Assembly: GCA_963807635.1 (NCBI GenBank)
Contig: CAWEDJ010000005.1
Span: 1-58,738, forward strand
Reading direction: 5' to 3'
Source of the DNA: an uncultured cyanobacterium
Lineage (GTDB): Bacteria; Cyanobacteriota; Cyanobacteriia; Cyanobacteriales; Microcystaceae
DNA: 58,738 bases
This document shows positions 1 to 9,300 of this stretch, in pieces (position 1 is the first letter of the stretch; each line of letters begins with the position of its first letter). The notes under the pieces are model-generated. The model had not been told where the DNA came from, did not search any database, and worked only from the letters and a program-made list of their open reading frames with translations. A program made the translations under genes and the position numbers.

Positions 1-358
1 TCTTTATTGAGCAAGTATTATTACCTCAGTTATGGGCAGGGGCAATTGTCGTGATGGATAATTTGTCTGTACATTACGCTACCGTCACTACAAATCTGAT
101 TGAATCTGTTGGAGCCAAGGTTAAATTTTTACCTTCCTATTCGCCAGATTTATCACCAATTGAGTTGTGTTGGTCTAAATTAAAAGAAATTATTCGTTCT
201 GCTAAAGCTCGAACAATCGAGGCTCTTGACGAAGCTATTACTAATGCGATCAATACCATTACTGATGAAAATGCTCTTGATTGGTTCCAACATTGTGGTC
301 TCTACTTTGAGCCTTTGAGATAGCTTTTTTGTAGTGCGTTTGATCGGAAATTGCTGTA
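1..358 (+). mobile_element. IS630-family insertion sequence, right end (partial)
   Basis: A transposase C-terminus is followed by ...TTGATCGGAAATTGCTG|TA (340-358). The reverse complement TA|CAGCAATTTCC is an IS630-type end with a TA target. Confidence 0.75.
3..323 (+). CDS. IS630-family transposase (DDE_3), C-terminal part, 5'-truncated by the window edge
   Basis: Motifs VVMDNLSVH and FLPSYSPDLSPIELCWSKLK; the frame is open from nt 3. Confidence 0.9.
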   Translation, partial: FIEQVLLPQLWAGAIVVMDNLSVHYATVTTNLIESVGAKVKFLPSYSPDLSPIELCWSKLKEIIRSAKARTIEALDEAITNAINTITDENALDWFQHCGLYFEPLR

Positions 359-2045
359 ATTCTGGTTTTTTTTCTTGATTTACATCTGGTGAATCTGTTT
401 TTGTAGTCTTAGGAGTGTTGCTCTGAGATGGTTTGGAAGTGGGGATTTTAGGAGTGGAAGTCGTTTCTAGTGATTCGCTTTGTTCTTCTTCAACTGTCAT
501 CTGGGATTGAAGATACTTTTTCAGGTTGATCGGAGAAATAGGGCGCATCCGATAGGGAATTTGAATGATTTTTTCTAAGTAATCAATCCCTGATGGTTTG
601 CCTCGACGTTTGAGAACGCCTTTATAGACATCTTCTAAGGCACGGCTAATGTAGCGATCGTCAATAGCAAGAACGACGATAAATAAACTGGTTTTAACGA
701 GGAGTTGAACGGCTTCTAATACCTCTACAACTTTATGGGGAGGACAACGATCTAAATCGTCAATATAGAGGACTACTCTGGCAGGGCCTCTGGGAAAAAT
801 TTTTTGGATTGTTTCAATTTTGTTTTTAAACTGTTCTTTGTTGAAATCGCCATGATCTGGAAAAGTAAAATGTTCAGTCAAGTCGGCTAAATCACGTTGA
901 ACTTGCTGAAGAAAACCAAGTTGCGTATTGTAGGAATTGGCCTGAAGACGATCAGTAACAAAGGTATTTAAGGATGGATAAGCAGAAGAAACTCCCAATT
1001 GTTGTTGTTGTTGATTAATTTCATTTTCTAGTTTTTGTATACCTTGTAATTTTTCTTTGATTGTTTCATCTTGTTTTAAAACTTCACGATAAGCCGCTTG
1101 CGCAAAATCCTGAGCATCTCTTTGATTTTTTTGTATTTTTTCTTGGGATTCTTTCAAGTAATTTAACAATTCATTTTGTTTTTCCCTCGTTTTTTGTACT
1201 AAGTTTTTGCTGGATGCCACCACAGAGCCAAGACCGCCCGCAGTAGTCGCTAAAGGAAGAGCTGAAAGAGCGTTATTAATATTTTCAGGAAATAGTTTAT
1301 TTTTGATATCTTGCGGTAAAGTTGGATATAGTGTAATCAATAAGCCAAAACCCAATCCTAGAATAGATAGCGAATTTTTTTGTAGGAAATAAATAGGAGT
1401 TCTGAACAAGATGAGCTTTCTTAGTTCTTGTTTTTCTTTGATTAATTTTTTATTTTTTTCACTAAGTTGTTTTTTTTTCGTTTCGCGGAGTTCACTAATT
1501 TTTTTCCATAAATAATCTGTAATTTGCCCATCAGATTTAATACTTTTAAGGTCTGTATTATTTTCTTCTTTTAATTTGGATAATTTACTTAAAATAATCT
1601 CTCGATCGCGATCATTCATTTTGTTAAGTGCTTTCCAAATTTCGTGACCTCCGAGGAGCGATTTATCCTCACCTCCCAATTGTTGTTCAATTTGCTTTTC
1701 TAAGGTAAGTTGGCGATTAAATTCATATAGTATTGTTTGCATCAGACTTGACCATAAATCAGCTTTTGCATACGTCCAAGCATCAAATTCTATTTGATAG
1801 ATATGGCCGACGTAGGGAAAAAGTTGATCGGCTTCTCCCCAAGCTTGTTTTTCTGTTAAAGCTTCACTACGAATTTCATTAATGCGCTCTTTCATTAGGT
1901 GTAAAGCAAAGGATTTGCCGCTACCCCAACCCCCTAAAATACCCACAGCTAAAGGTGGTTTTAATTCACGTAACATTAATACATTCGTTAAGGCATCAAT
2001 TTCAGTTTTAATGCTAAGTTTGATCAGCCCCTTGAGCCAGATCAT
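357..2045 (-). CDS. KAP-family P-loop NTPase portion of a probable TIR-propeller-KAP gene; 3' end interrupted by IS630
   Basis: Walker A GGWGSGKS, FDAW motif, two hydrophobic segments, Walker B VVLYIDDLDRC and YLEKIIQIPY. Beyond ...KKPE the ORF reads into IS sequence. Confidence 0.85.
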
Positions 2046-3520
2046 TTTGTAATTCCTGTCCGATATAATTCTTGGGAATTGTCTTTAATCGATTTTTTAT
2101 CCATACTCCTTCAAACCAATCCATAAACCAAATATTTCTCTCTTCATCCAGTCCAAACAAATATATGTTTCCCTCCTTATTTGATTGAGCTGTAATTACC
2201 CGCAAAGGAACATCTAGACTTACAGGCCCAACCCTGTACCCATTCACCTCCAGGTAAACCGATAGCCCAAGTGTTTCCTTCTCTATCTAAAGCAAATAGA
2301 TGAGGATCATTACCAGATTGAACCGTAATTGTTTTCAAGCGAACACCTGGAGTTGAAGGCCATTGTTTCCACTCTTTTCCAGGTAAATCAATAGACCAAA
2401 TGCTTCCTTCTTTATCTAAAGCGAATAGATAGGGAGTATCACCAGATTGAACCGTAATTGTCTCGAAAAGAATATTTGGAGTTGAAGGCCAATTTTGTTT
2501 CCACTCTCCTTGAGGTAAATCAACCCCCCAAACTTTTCCTTCTACATCTAAAGCAAATAAATAAGAATCGCTACCAGATTGAACAGCAAGCTTTTTGAAT
2601 GATATATCTACATTGGTAGGATTGTATGTCTCCCATAGTCCTTTTTGGATATTTACAGTCCAAATCTTTCCTTTTTCATCTAAACCAAATAAGTCAGAAT
2701 TATCATTAGATTGGATGACAATTTCTTTTAAAGGAACTTTCGTATTTTTTGATTCATATTTTTCCCATACACCTTCTGGAAAATTTACAATCCAAATATT
2801 TCCTTCTTTATCTAAGGCAAATAGGCGAGACTCTTCAGCATATTGGAAAGCAAGACAGTTAAACTTAATTGTTTTATTTACAGAATCTTTTGAATTTAAG
2901 ATAGTTGAAATATTTCCACCTTCCACCTGACGGCTTTTGTGAATATATTCTTTCTGTAAATCTGTTGGTTTCGGGTCTTTATTTGCCCCCGCCTTTAACC
3001 AATCCTCTGCTTCGGTTAAACTTTCATTCCATAATAAAAACCCCTCTCTGCGTCCTTTGTTATCCCACTCCAAAGCTCTTACCAAAAAGCGTGTATGACC
3101 CTTAACATAGGCAATATCTAAATTCAGCGCATAAATTAATTCTTGAAAGGACTGGTCAAAATTATCTGTGTCTCGAAAAAATAACCAATTATGACTGCTG
3201 ATCGACTGATGTGCAGAATTATTCTTATCAAATAATTCGTAGGCATCCCGATAGACAATCGGCAAAATTCGTTTGTTGTGCTTCACCGCATGGTTAATTT
3301 CCTTCTGACAAACATCAGAAGCCACCGAATCAGGACTGATCACAAAAACAAAAGTATCAGACCCCTCAATCGCCTCCTCAATCTCTTTCCACCACTCCGT
3401 CCCCTTGCCGATTCCTTCCCAATCAACCCAGGTTTCTCGGTTACTTTTCTTCAGAGCCTCATGCAAAGCACGCACAAAACCTGAATCCTTACGGGAATAG
3501 CAGAGATAAACATCAGACAT
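2014..3520 (-). CDS. TIR domain + W-rich beta-propeller repeats; N-terminal portion of the same gene (frameshifts at ~2228 and ~2020)
   Basis: TIR_2 motifs VYLCYSRKD, WVDWEGI, FVFVISPDSVASDVCQKE, then six ~44-aa repeats. Removing one base at each site gives GWPVSLDVP and NDLAQGADQLSIKTEIDAL. Confidence 0.85.
2090..2863 (-). repeat. Six intragenic ~44-aa (~130 bp) repeats, consensus (I/L)xVQSxxxxxLFALDxEGxIWxxxLPxGxW
   Basis: Visible in translation; copies 3-5 are also similar at the DNA level (e.g. CCAGATTGAAC and GGAGTTGAAGGCCA recur). Confidence 0.85.
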
Positions 3521-3648
3521 AGTTGCAGAAATATTAATTGATTAACCGAAATTATAGGACACTTTCAGGTTAATTTTTTGCCAAAACAACTACTTTTTTC
3601 TCAGGATGACCTAAAAGCATCTTTATCACTCAAGAAGCATTGCCATGA

Positions 3649-4230
3649 CTAACCCAATAAAACCTGATTTGCAGTTAAACCCAATTCAGAAAAAGTTGGT
3701 GAAATAATCCGCTCCTCATCACGAAAAGCAACCTGATCATACCATCCATCAACTAGCGTGCAAACAATCACGCAATTCTGTAAAGGATCAACAATCCAAT
3801 ACTCTAAGATTCCCAAAACCGCATATTCAGCTTGTTTACTGCGATAATCCGTGACCTGAGTTGAAGGACTCACAATTTCTACCACTAATAACGGTGGTTC
3901 CTCGTTTAAATCAATCACAGCTTCCCGATCGCCTAAAGAATCCCATTGCTCAAGGGGTAACACTGTCACATCAGGAATACGAGAAGTATCCCACCTTCCC
4001 CCACGCGGCGATCGCAATCCCACAGAAAACCGTTGAGCTATCCAAGGAAGTTCTAATCGGGTAATTTCATCATCAAAAAAACGTTCCAATCGTTTCGCGA
4101 TCGCGCCATGTTTTCCTGTCCCCAAGCTCATGGGAATTAATTCTCCTTCTACCAATTCATAGCGATTATCCGTATTATCTTGATAATTAAGATATTCATT
4201 AAAGGTTAGCTTTTGATGGGTGATAGTCAT
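3649..4230 (-). CDS. Uma2 family (DUF820) endonuclease
   Basis: RYELVEG, RIPDVTV, PLLVVEIVSPS, EYWIVDP. Confidence 0.9.
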   Translation of the reverse strand: MTITHQKLTFNEYLNYQDNTDNRYELVEGELIPMSLGTGKHGAIAKRLERFFDDEITRLELPWIAQRFSVGLRSPRGGRWDTSRIPDVTVLPLEQWDSLGDREAVIDLNEEPPLLVVEIVSPSTQVTDYRSKQAEYAVLGILEYWIVDPLQNCVIVCTLVDGWYDQVAFRDEERIISPTFSELGLTANQVLLG

Positions 4231-4261
4231 CGGTAATTGGGAGTTTTTTCAATAAAAATCA

Positions 4262-4495
4262 TTAAGCTACTTTTTGTTGATAATCACCAACTAAGCCAAT
4301 ATTTTCTAACATAACTTGTCGTATCGTTTCCATTCCTCCAAATTGTTGAGAAGCATCCAATATTTCAATCCCAGCTAAATGACCATTTTTATCATAATCA
4401 ACAGCAATTCCTTCGGCTAAATGTTGAGTTGTAACAGTCGTTTCTTGAAAGGTGATACTCAACGCATCTACTTCTTTGTCATAGATGATTTTCAC
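4262..4495 (-). CDS. DUF2283 family protein (putative antitoxin)
   Basis: MKIIYDKEVDALSI...VDYDKNGHLAGIEILDAS. Confidence 0.85.
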   Translation of the reverse strand: MKIIYDKEVDALSITFQETTVTTQHLAEGIAVDYDKNGHLAGIEILDASQQFGGMETIRQVMLENIGLVGDYQQKVA

Positions 4496-4508
4496 AATGC
4501 TTGCTCCT

Positions 4509-4763
4509 TTAAAAAAAGTAAGTATAAACAGTAATAACTACTATTTCAGTGGGTTCATCCACAAAAATCGGTCGAATCTGTTTGGTTTTATAAGCTTTAC
4601 CGTTCCATATCCCATTATAGGAAAAGTCCTGATGACATTCCATCCTGTTTGAAGCGACGGGTTGCCAATCGCCATTACGAATGGTTTCCTCTACTTCAGC
4701 GATAGTAAATCCTCGTTGGGGAATATAGTTTAAGGCGTGCTGGGAAAGTCGAATCGGTTTCAC
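4509..4763 (-). CDS. DUF4258 family protein (putative toxin)
   Basis: IRLSQHA...RGFTIAEVEETI...IVVITVY; lies directly upstream of DUF2283. Confidence 0.75.
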   Translation of the reverse strand: MKPIRLSQHALNYIPQRGFTIAEVEETIRNGDWQPVASNRMECHQDFSYNGIWNGKAYKTKQIRPIFVDEPTEIVVITVYTYFF

Positions 4764-4829
4764 TCCGTTAAATTCTCTTCTTTCTTAATGTAAAATCATG
4801 TTTTGTATTTCAGGAATTCTTACACAATC

Positions 4830-6566
4830 CTAACTATTTTTTTCTGAGTTAACCTCTTTCTGACTTGATCGCTCACTTTTCAACAACGGAAAAGCAATCA
4901 CATCGCGAATACTCGGTGAATTCGTTAACAACATCACCAATCGATCAATACCAATCCCTAAACCCCCCGTCGGCGGCATCCCGTACTCCAACGCAGTGAG
5001 AAAATCCTCATCCACCCCATGCGCTTCCAAATCACCCGCCGCTTTTTTCGCAGACTGTTCTTCCAAACGTTGACGCTGATCAATCGGATCAGTTAACTCA
5101 GAAAAACTATTCGCCAATTCTCGCCCGACCACAAATAATTCAAAGCGTTCCACTAAACCAGCCTTAGAACGATGGGGTTTCGCTAAAGGAGAAATTTCAA
5201 CAGGAAAATCGATAATAAATGTTGGTTGAATGAGAGTTTCTTCGACGGTTTGCTCGAAAGCTTCATTCAGTAACTTACCAATGGATTGACAACTTTCAGA
5301 AACTCCAATCCCCACAGATTCCGCCGCAGTTTTAGCCGTTGCAAAATCCGTAAATTCACTAAAATCAATCCCTGTTTTTTCCTTAACCGCATCGTGCATA
5401 GTAATGCGTTTCCAAGGAGCCATTAAATCAATTTCTGTGCCTTGATAATCGACTTTTAAAGTTCCTAAAACGGTTTTAGCGGCATTGATAATTAAAGTTT
5501 CTGTCAACGCCATCATCTCATGGTAATCAACATAGGCTTGATACACTTCAATGGAGGTAAATTCAGGATTGTGGCGAGTCGAAACGCCTTCATTACGGAA
5601 AATTCGGCCTAATTCAAAAACCTTTTCAAAGCCGCCCACAATTAATCTTTTTAGATGCAATTCAGTGGCAATTCTGAGATAAAATTCCTGATCTAAAGCA
5701 TTGTGATGGGTAATAAAAGGACGGGCTTCCGCTCCCCCAGGTTCGGATTGCAAAACGGGGGTTTCAATTTCAATAAAACCCTGTTCATCCAAATAACGAC
5801 GGATAGAAGCCGTAATTTTAGCGCGATCGCGGAAAGTTTTTCGGACATCAGGATTAACAATGAGATCAACATAACGCTGACGATACCGTTTTTCGGTGTC
5901 GGTTAAACCGTGCCATTTATCGGGCAAAGGTAATAGGGATTTCGTGAGGATGGCGTACTCTTTTACATAGACTGATAATTCACCTTTTTCGGTACGCTTA
6001 ATGCTTCCTTTTACCCCTAAAATATCGCCTGCATCCGTTAATTTTGTGAGGATGTCAAAAGGTGTTTTTGAAATAGAAACAGATTGAGGCTTACGGTTTC
6101 TCTTAGGATTATTTTCATTCGATGACACGAATGCGTCGTATATTTCTCTGCCTTTTTCTGAAGAAAGTAAGTCTGAAGCCAAAGAATTTGATAACTCATC
6201 TAATATCTCTTCTGGTTTATTCTCTTCTGGTTTATTCTCTTCTGGTTTATTCTCTTCGTTAATTCGTTTTTTCTCTAGATATAACTGAATCGTTCCTGTT
6301 TCATCCTGGAGATTAAAAAAAGCTAGTTTCCCCATGACTCGCCGCGCCATAATCCGACCTGCAATAGAAACTTCTATTTCTAATTCTTCTCCACTCGCTA
6401 AATCTATATATTTCCCCTGTAGTTCTGCTGCGGTATGGGAGGATTCCCACTGATAAGCATAGGGATTTAAACCTAATTGCTTGAGTTGAGCAACTTTTTC
6501 TAAACGGGTAGCTCGAATTTCTTCTAGAGTTGAGTGGGAATCGGCAGGATTGGGATTGGCAGACAT
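4830..6566 (-). CDS. lysS: Lysine--tRNA ligase (class II) with a loop insertion
   Basis: [55 protein letters not shown]. Confidence 0.98.
   Translation of the reverse strand: MSANPNPADSHSTLEEIRATRLEKVAQLKQLGLNPYAYQWESSHTAAELQGKYIDLASGEELEIEVSIAGRIMARRVMGKLAFFNLQDETGTIQLYLEKKRINEENKPEENKPEENKPEEILDELSNSLASDLLSSEKGREIYDAFVSSNENNPKRNRKPQSVSISKTPFDILTKLTDAGDILGVKGSIKRTEKGELSVYVKEYAILTKSLLPLPDKWHGLTDTEKRYRQRYVDLIVNPDVRKTFRDRAKITASIRRYLDEQGFIEIETPVLQSEPGGAEARPFITHHNALDQEFYLRIATELHLKRLIVGGFEKVFELGRIFRNEGVSTRHNPEFTSIEVYQAYVDYHEMMALTETLIINAAKTVLGTLKVDYQGTEIDLMAPWKRITMHDAVKEKTGIDFSEFTDFATAKTAAESVGIGVSESCQSIGKLLNEAFEQTVEETLIQPTFIIDFPVEISPLAKPHRSKAGLVERFELFVVGRELANSFSELTDPIDQRQRLEEQSAKKAAGDLEAHGVDEDFLTALEYGMPPTGGLGIGIDRLVMLLTNSPSIRDVIAFPLLKSERSSQKEVNSEKNS
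6206..6257 (-). repeat. 15-bp tandem repeat (3.5 copies) encoding EENKP in lysS
   Basis: TCTCTTCTGGTTTAT x3 plus TCTCTTC. Confidence 0.95.
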
Positions 6567-6572
6567 TAGGAA

Positions 6573-6607
6573 TAATTGATAGTTAATAATTGATAGTTGC
6601 TAGTTAA
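6573..6607. repeat. Degenerate heptamer tandem repeat (STRR-like) upstream of lysS
   Basis: TAATTGA TAGTTAA TAATTGA TAGTTGC TAGTTAA. Confidence 0.6.
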
Positions 6608-6673
6608 TACTTCGGAATGATCCTATTTTTTAACTATTCATTGAAGCTGAGATTCTGAAACTTTTCACGTTAT

Positions 6674-6871
6674 TTATTTCATATTTGCTTTGGTATCTTT
6701 AACCGCAAACAAAAATAAAACAATGGTTAAGGGAATACTTGCCGCTAGGATGGAGCCTGTGATCATCGTTCCCAGTTCAGGAAATCCCGATGAAAGTTCA
6801 AAGACTGAACCCACTCCCGCGATCGCAGTGATACAGGAACCGAGCAATAACACACCACTTTTAGGAGTCAT
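6674..6871 (-). CDS. Small two-TM hypothetical membrane protein
   Basis: 65-aa ORF with two hydrophobic segments, co-oriented between def and lysS. Confidence 0.75.
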   Translation of the reverse strand: MTPKSGVLLLGSCITAIAGVGSVFELSSGFPELGTMITGSILAASIPLTIVLFLFAVKDTKANMK

Positions 6872-6930
6872 AGACGCTATGCCGACCGAATGTAAGATTT
6901 TTTTAAGTTAAGAAAAAGATTAAGCGTTCT

Positions 6931-7494
6931 CTAACCAATAGGTTTCACGGATTGGACAGAAAAACCCTGCTTTTTCAAGGCTTCCGTTAAAGCAAGAGCA
7001 TTGTCAACCCGATCTACAAACATAACACCATTGAGGTGATCCATTTCGTGCTGAATCACTCTGGATAATAATCCTGTGGCTTGTAATTTTTGGGGACGAC
7101 CGTTTTCATCTTTAAAGGTCACTTCGATCGCCTGGGGACGAGTAACCTCAAGGAAAACATTGGGAATACTGAGACAGCCTTCTTCTACCACGCACAATTC
7201 CTTACCCCAGCGCGTAATTTGGGGATTAATCAAAATAAGAGCCTGATTTTCCTCTTTATCAGGTTCACAGTCAATAACAATTAACTGTTTATTCACGCCA
7301 ACTTGGGGCGCGGCCAAGCCAATTCCGTTGGAACTGTACATGGTTTGCAACATTTCTTTGGCTAATTTCCGCACGCTCTCATCCACCTTGGCAATGCGTT
7401 TGGCGGGTTGACGAAGGACGCGATCGCCCAAATAATGCAGGTCTAGGGGCGGTTTTTCTAACTTTTCTTTTTCTACGGCGAGAGTGGCAGTCAT
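6931..7494 (-). CDS. def: Peptide deformylase
   Basis: GIGLAAPQVG, EGCLS, QHEMDHLNG. Confidence 0.97.
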   Translation of the reverse strand: MTATLAVEKEKLEKPPLDLHYLGDRVLRQPAKRIAKVDESVRKLAKEMLQTMYSSNGIGLAAPQVGVNKQLIVIDCEPDKEENQALILINPQITRWGKELCVVEEGCLSIPNVFLEVTRPQAIEVTFKDENGRPQKLQATGLLSRVIQHEMDHLNGVMFVDRVDNALALTEALKKQGFSVQSVKPIG

Positions 7495-7666
7495 AGGAAG
7501 GGTTAAAACGTCTCTTTTGGGACTGTTTTATATTAAGTAATCTTATTCACTAATCTTAACAGGGAATTAAGCCCCTTGCTAGAGACTCTAAAAAGACGAA
7601 TATTCGCTTCCTGATGATTAGGACTCTTGCTCTTTCAACAGGGCATTAAGGCGATCGCGGAAAAAT

Positions 7667-7778
7667 GGCGTTGCACAATGGCCAGATAAATGGCAATAAC
7701 TTGATCGTTGCAATATTTTATAGCTTCAGTCTTGATAGCTAATAAAATAGATGATTTATCTCCAAAATTAGCAACGCC
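7667..7778. mobile_element. 112-bp MITE-like element with 25-bp imperfect terminal inverted repeats
   Basis: Left end GGCGTTGC-N9-AGATAAAT; right end (reverse complement) GGCGTTGC-N9-AGATAAAT; no internal ORF. Confidence 0.65.
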
Positions 7779-7786
7779 TTCCTCTT

Positions 7787-8029
7787 TTAAACCGCTACCT
7801 TCGGATTACTCCAGCAACCGATGGGTAAACAGAAATAATCTCCCTGCCCCGATGCCGTATTTTCTTGAATAGATGCTTCAACTTCAGCCGCCGTAAAGGT
7901 GTATCCTTTCTTTGCACCGAGTTGAGTCACTAATTTGGTAAAGGCTTTTTTGTCGGTGATAGCTTCAAGTCGATGGATCAGCGTGGGATCGTTGCTCACT
8001 TCTTGGTAAAATTTTTGTAAACCCTTCAT
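7787..8029 (-). CDS. Nif11-like leader peptide family protein (possible RiPP precursor)
   Basis: LQKFYQEVSNDPTL...LGAKKGYTFTAAEV leader pattern; tail GDYFCLPIGCW. Confidence 0.75.
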   Translation of the reverse strand: MKGLQKFYQEVSNDPTLIHRLEAITDKKAFTKLVTQLGAKKGYTFTAAEVEASIQENTASGQGDYFCLPIGCWSNPKVAV

Positions 8030-8698
8030 ATTATCATAAACCTCATAGAAAAATATAGTACCAATTATACTTCTCTTTAATTAAGGTTAGGAAAAAGGCT
8101 TGAAAATCAGTAATTCAGCTTAAATTTATATTCAAAAACTACTTAAAGAATAGGATCTATTGTTAACGAAAACATCCTTCTATTTTCGCGGACAGAAGCA
8201 ACTATTTAAGGTCGGTTCAAAATATTTGATAGGAAAAGGTTAATGACTTTTTGTAATAATCATACTCACACAACAACACCCAAGACCTACTCTCCAGTTA
8301 AATTCCTCGTTTACTTATCTAAAATCTCTATGGAGCTGCATTCTCTTTAGAGTTGCCTTTTCTCCCATGTTGATTAAATCAAAGGAATATACTGTTTTGG
8401 GTTTGGGTGTTGTGTTGGATTAGACGAGACACATTCGAGATTAAACAGCTTGATTTTACCTCTTTGTTGAATAATGGTTTATCTAACTCACGCTTGGCTG
8501 TTTTATCTGCCTTTGAAGCTCTTTTACTTCATGTTTATACTTTAATAAATCTGAGGGGTTAATGCAAGGAATTCTGGTAAAACTTCATCAAACTATGAGC
8601 GATCGCCTACAAAATTATTAAGTAATATATTTATCGACCTTGTTTGTTTGATTCAAGATTTTTGTCGTACTGTAAGAGAACGTCTATCTTCAATTGTT

Positions 8699-9245
8699 AT
8701 GTACACATCAGAAAAAAGCCAGTCTATTTTGCAAGCGGGAAAAACGACCACCCAAGAAGCATTACAGTTGTATGATTCCCTCGAACCTGTGAATTGTGAT
8801 TTTATGTGGGGACGGTGGCGGGGAGCAGGGCCTGGACACCGATCACCCAATGGATGGACTATTGGAACTATCCAATTGGTATGGGAAAGAATTTGTAGAT
8901 CCTGAAACTGTTCATCCCCTCTTATTTTCTGATGGTCGAGGAGAGCTTTTTAAGGTTGCGCCCCATCCAACTCTGATGAATTGGGTCTTGAAACTCCCGA
9001 TTCCGCGAAATAAGGCTTTTAAACCCTGGTTAATGTTTACCAATTCCCTACTCAAAACCGATAAAAGTCAAGCAAGGCTCCGTTCGATGGAATATCGAGG
9101 AGTGGTGACAGCAACTATGATTTATGATTATCTACCCATTAACGATTCCTTTAAAAAAGTAGATGATAATACGGTTTTTGGCATTATGGATTTTAAAAAT
9201 TCCCCCCAACCTTTCTTTTTTACCCTCAAACGTGAAGTCATTTAA
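8699..9245 (+). CDS. GXWXG + DUF4334 domain protein (frameshift at ~8829)
   Basis: MWGRWRG, HPMDGLL...WYGKEF, ARLR.MEYRG..TATMIYD.LPIND.F; removing one G joins the two ORFs. Confidence 0.85.
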
Positions 9246-9300
9246 AAATATAAAAATAACGGGTCTTTTTGACTGGGATGAATGAAATCGGTATGTCCAA

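Noticed and set aside
180..356. C-terminal ~59 aa of the 621-aa KAP ORF
   Set aside because: This is read-through into IS630 sequence, mostly antisense to the transposase, and not part of the native protein.
6060..6260. LysS insert as an intein or CAAD domain
   Set aside because: It has no intein terminal residues and no transmembrane helices.
8273..8413. 11-bp inverted repeat ACAACACCCAA / TTGGGTGTTGT in the Nif11-GXWXG intergenic region
   Set aside because: It is short and low-complexity, with no target duplication or recognisable element ends.
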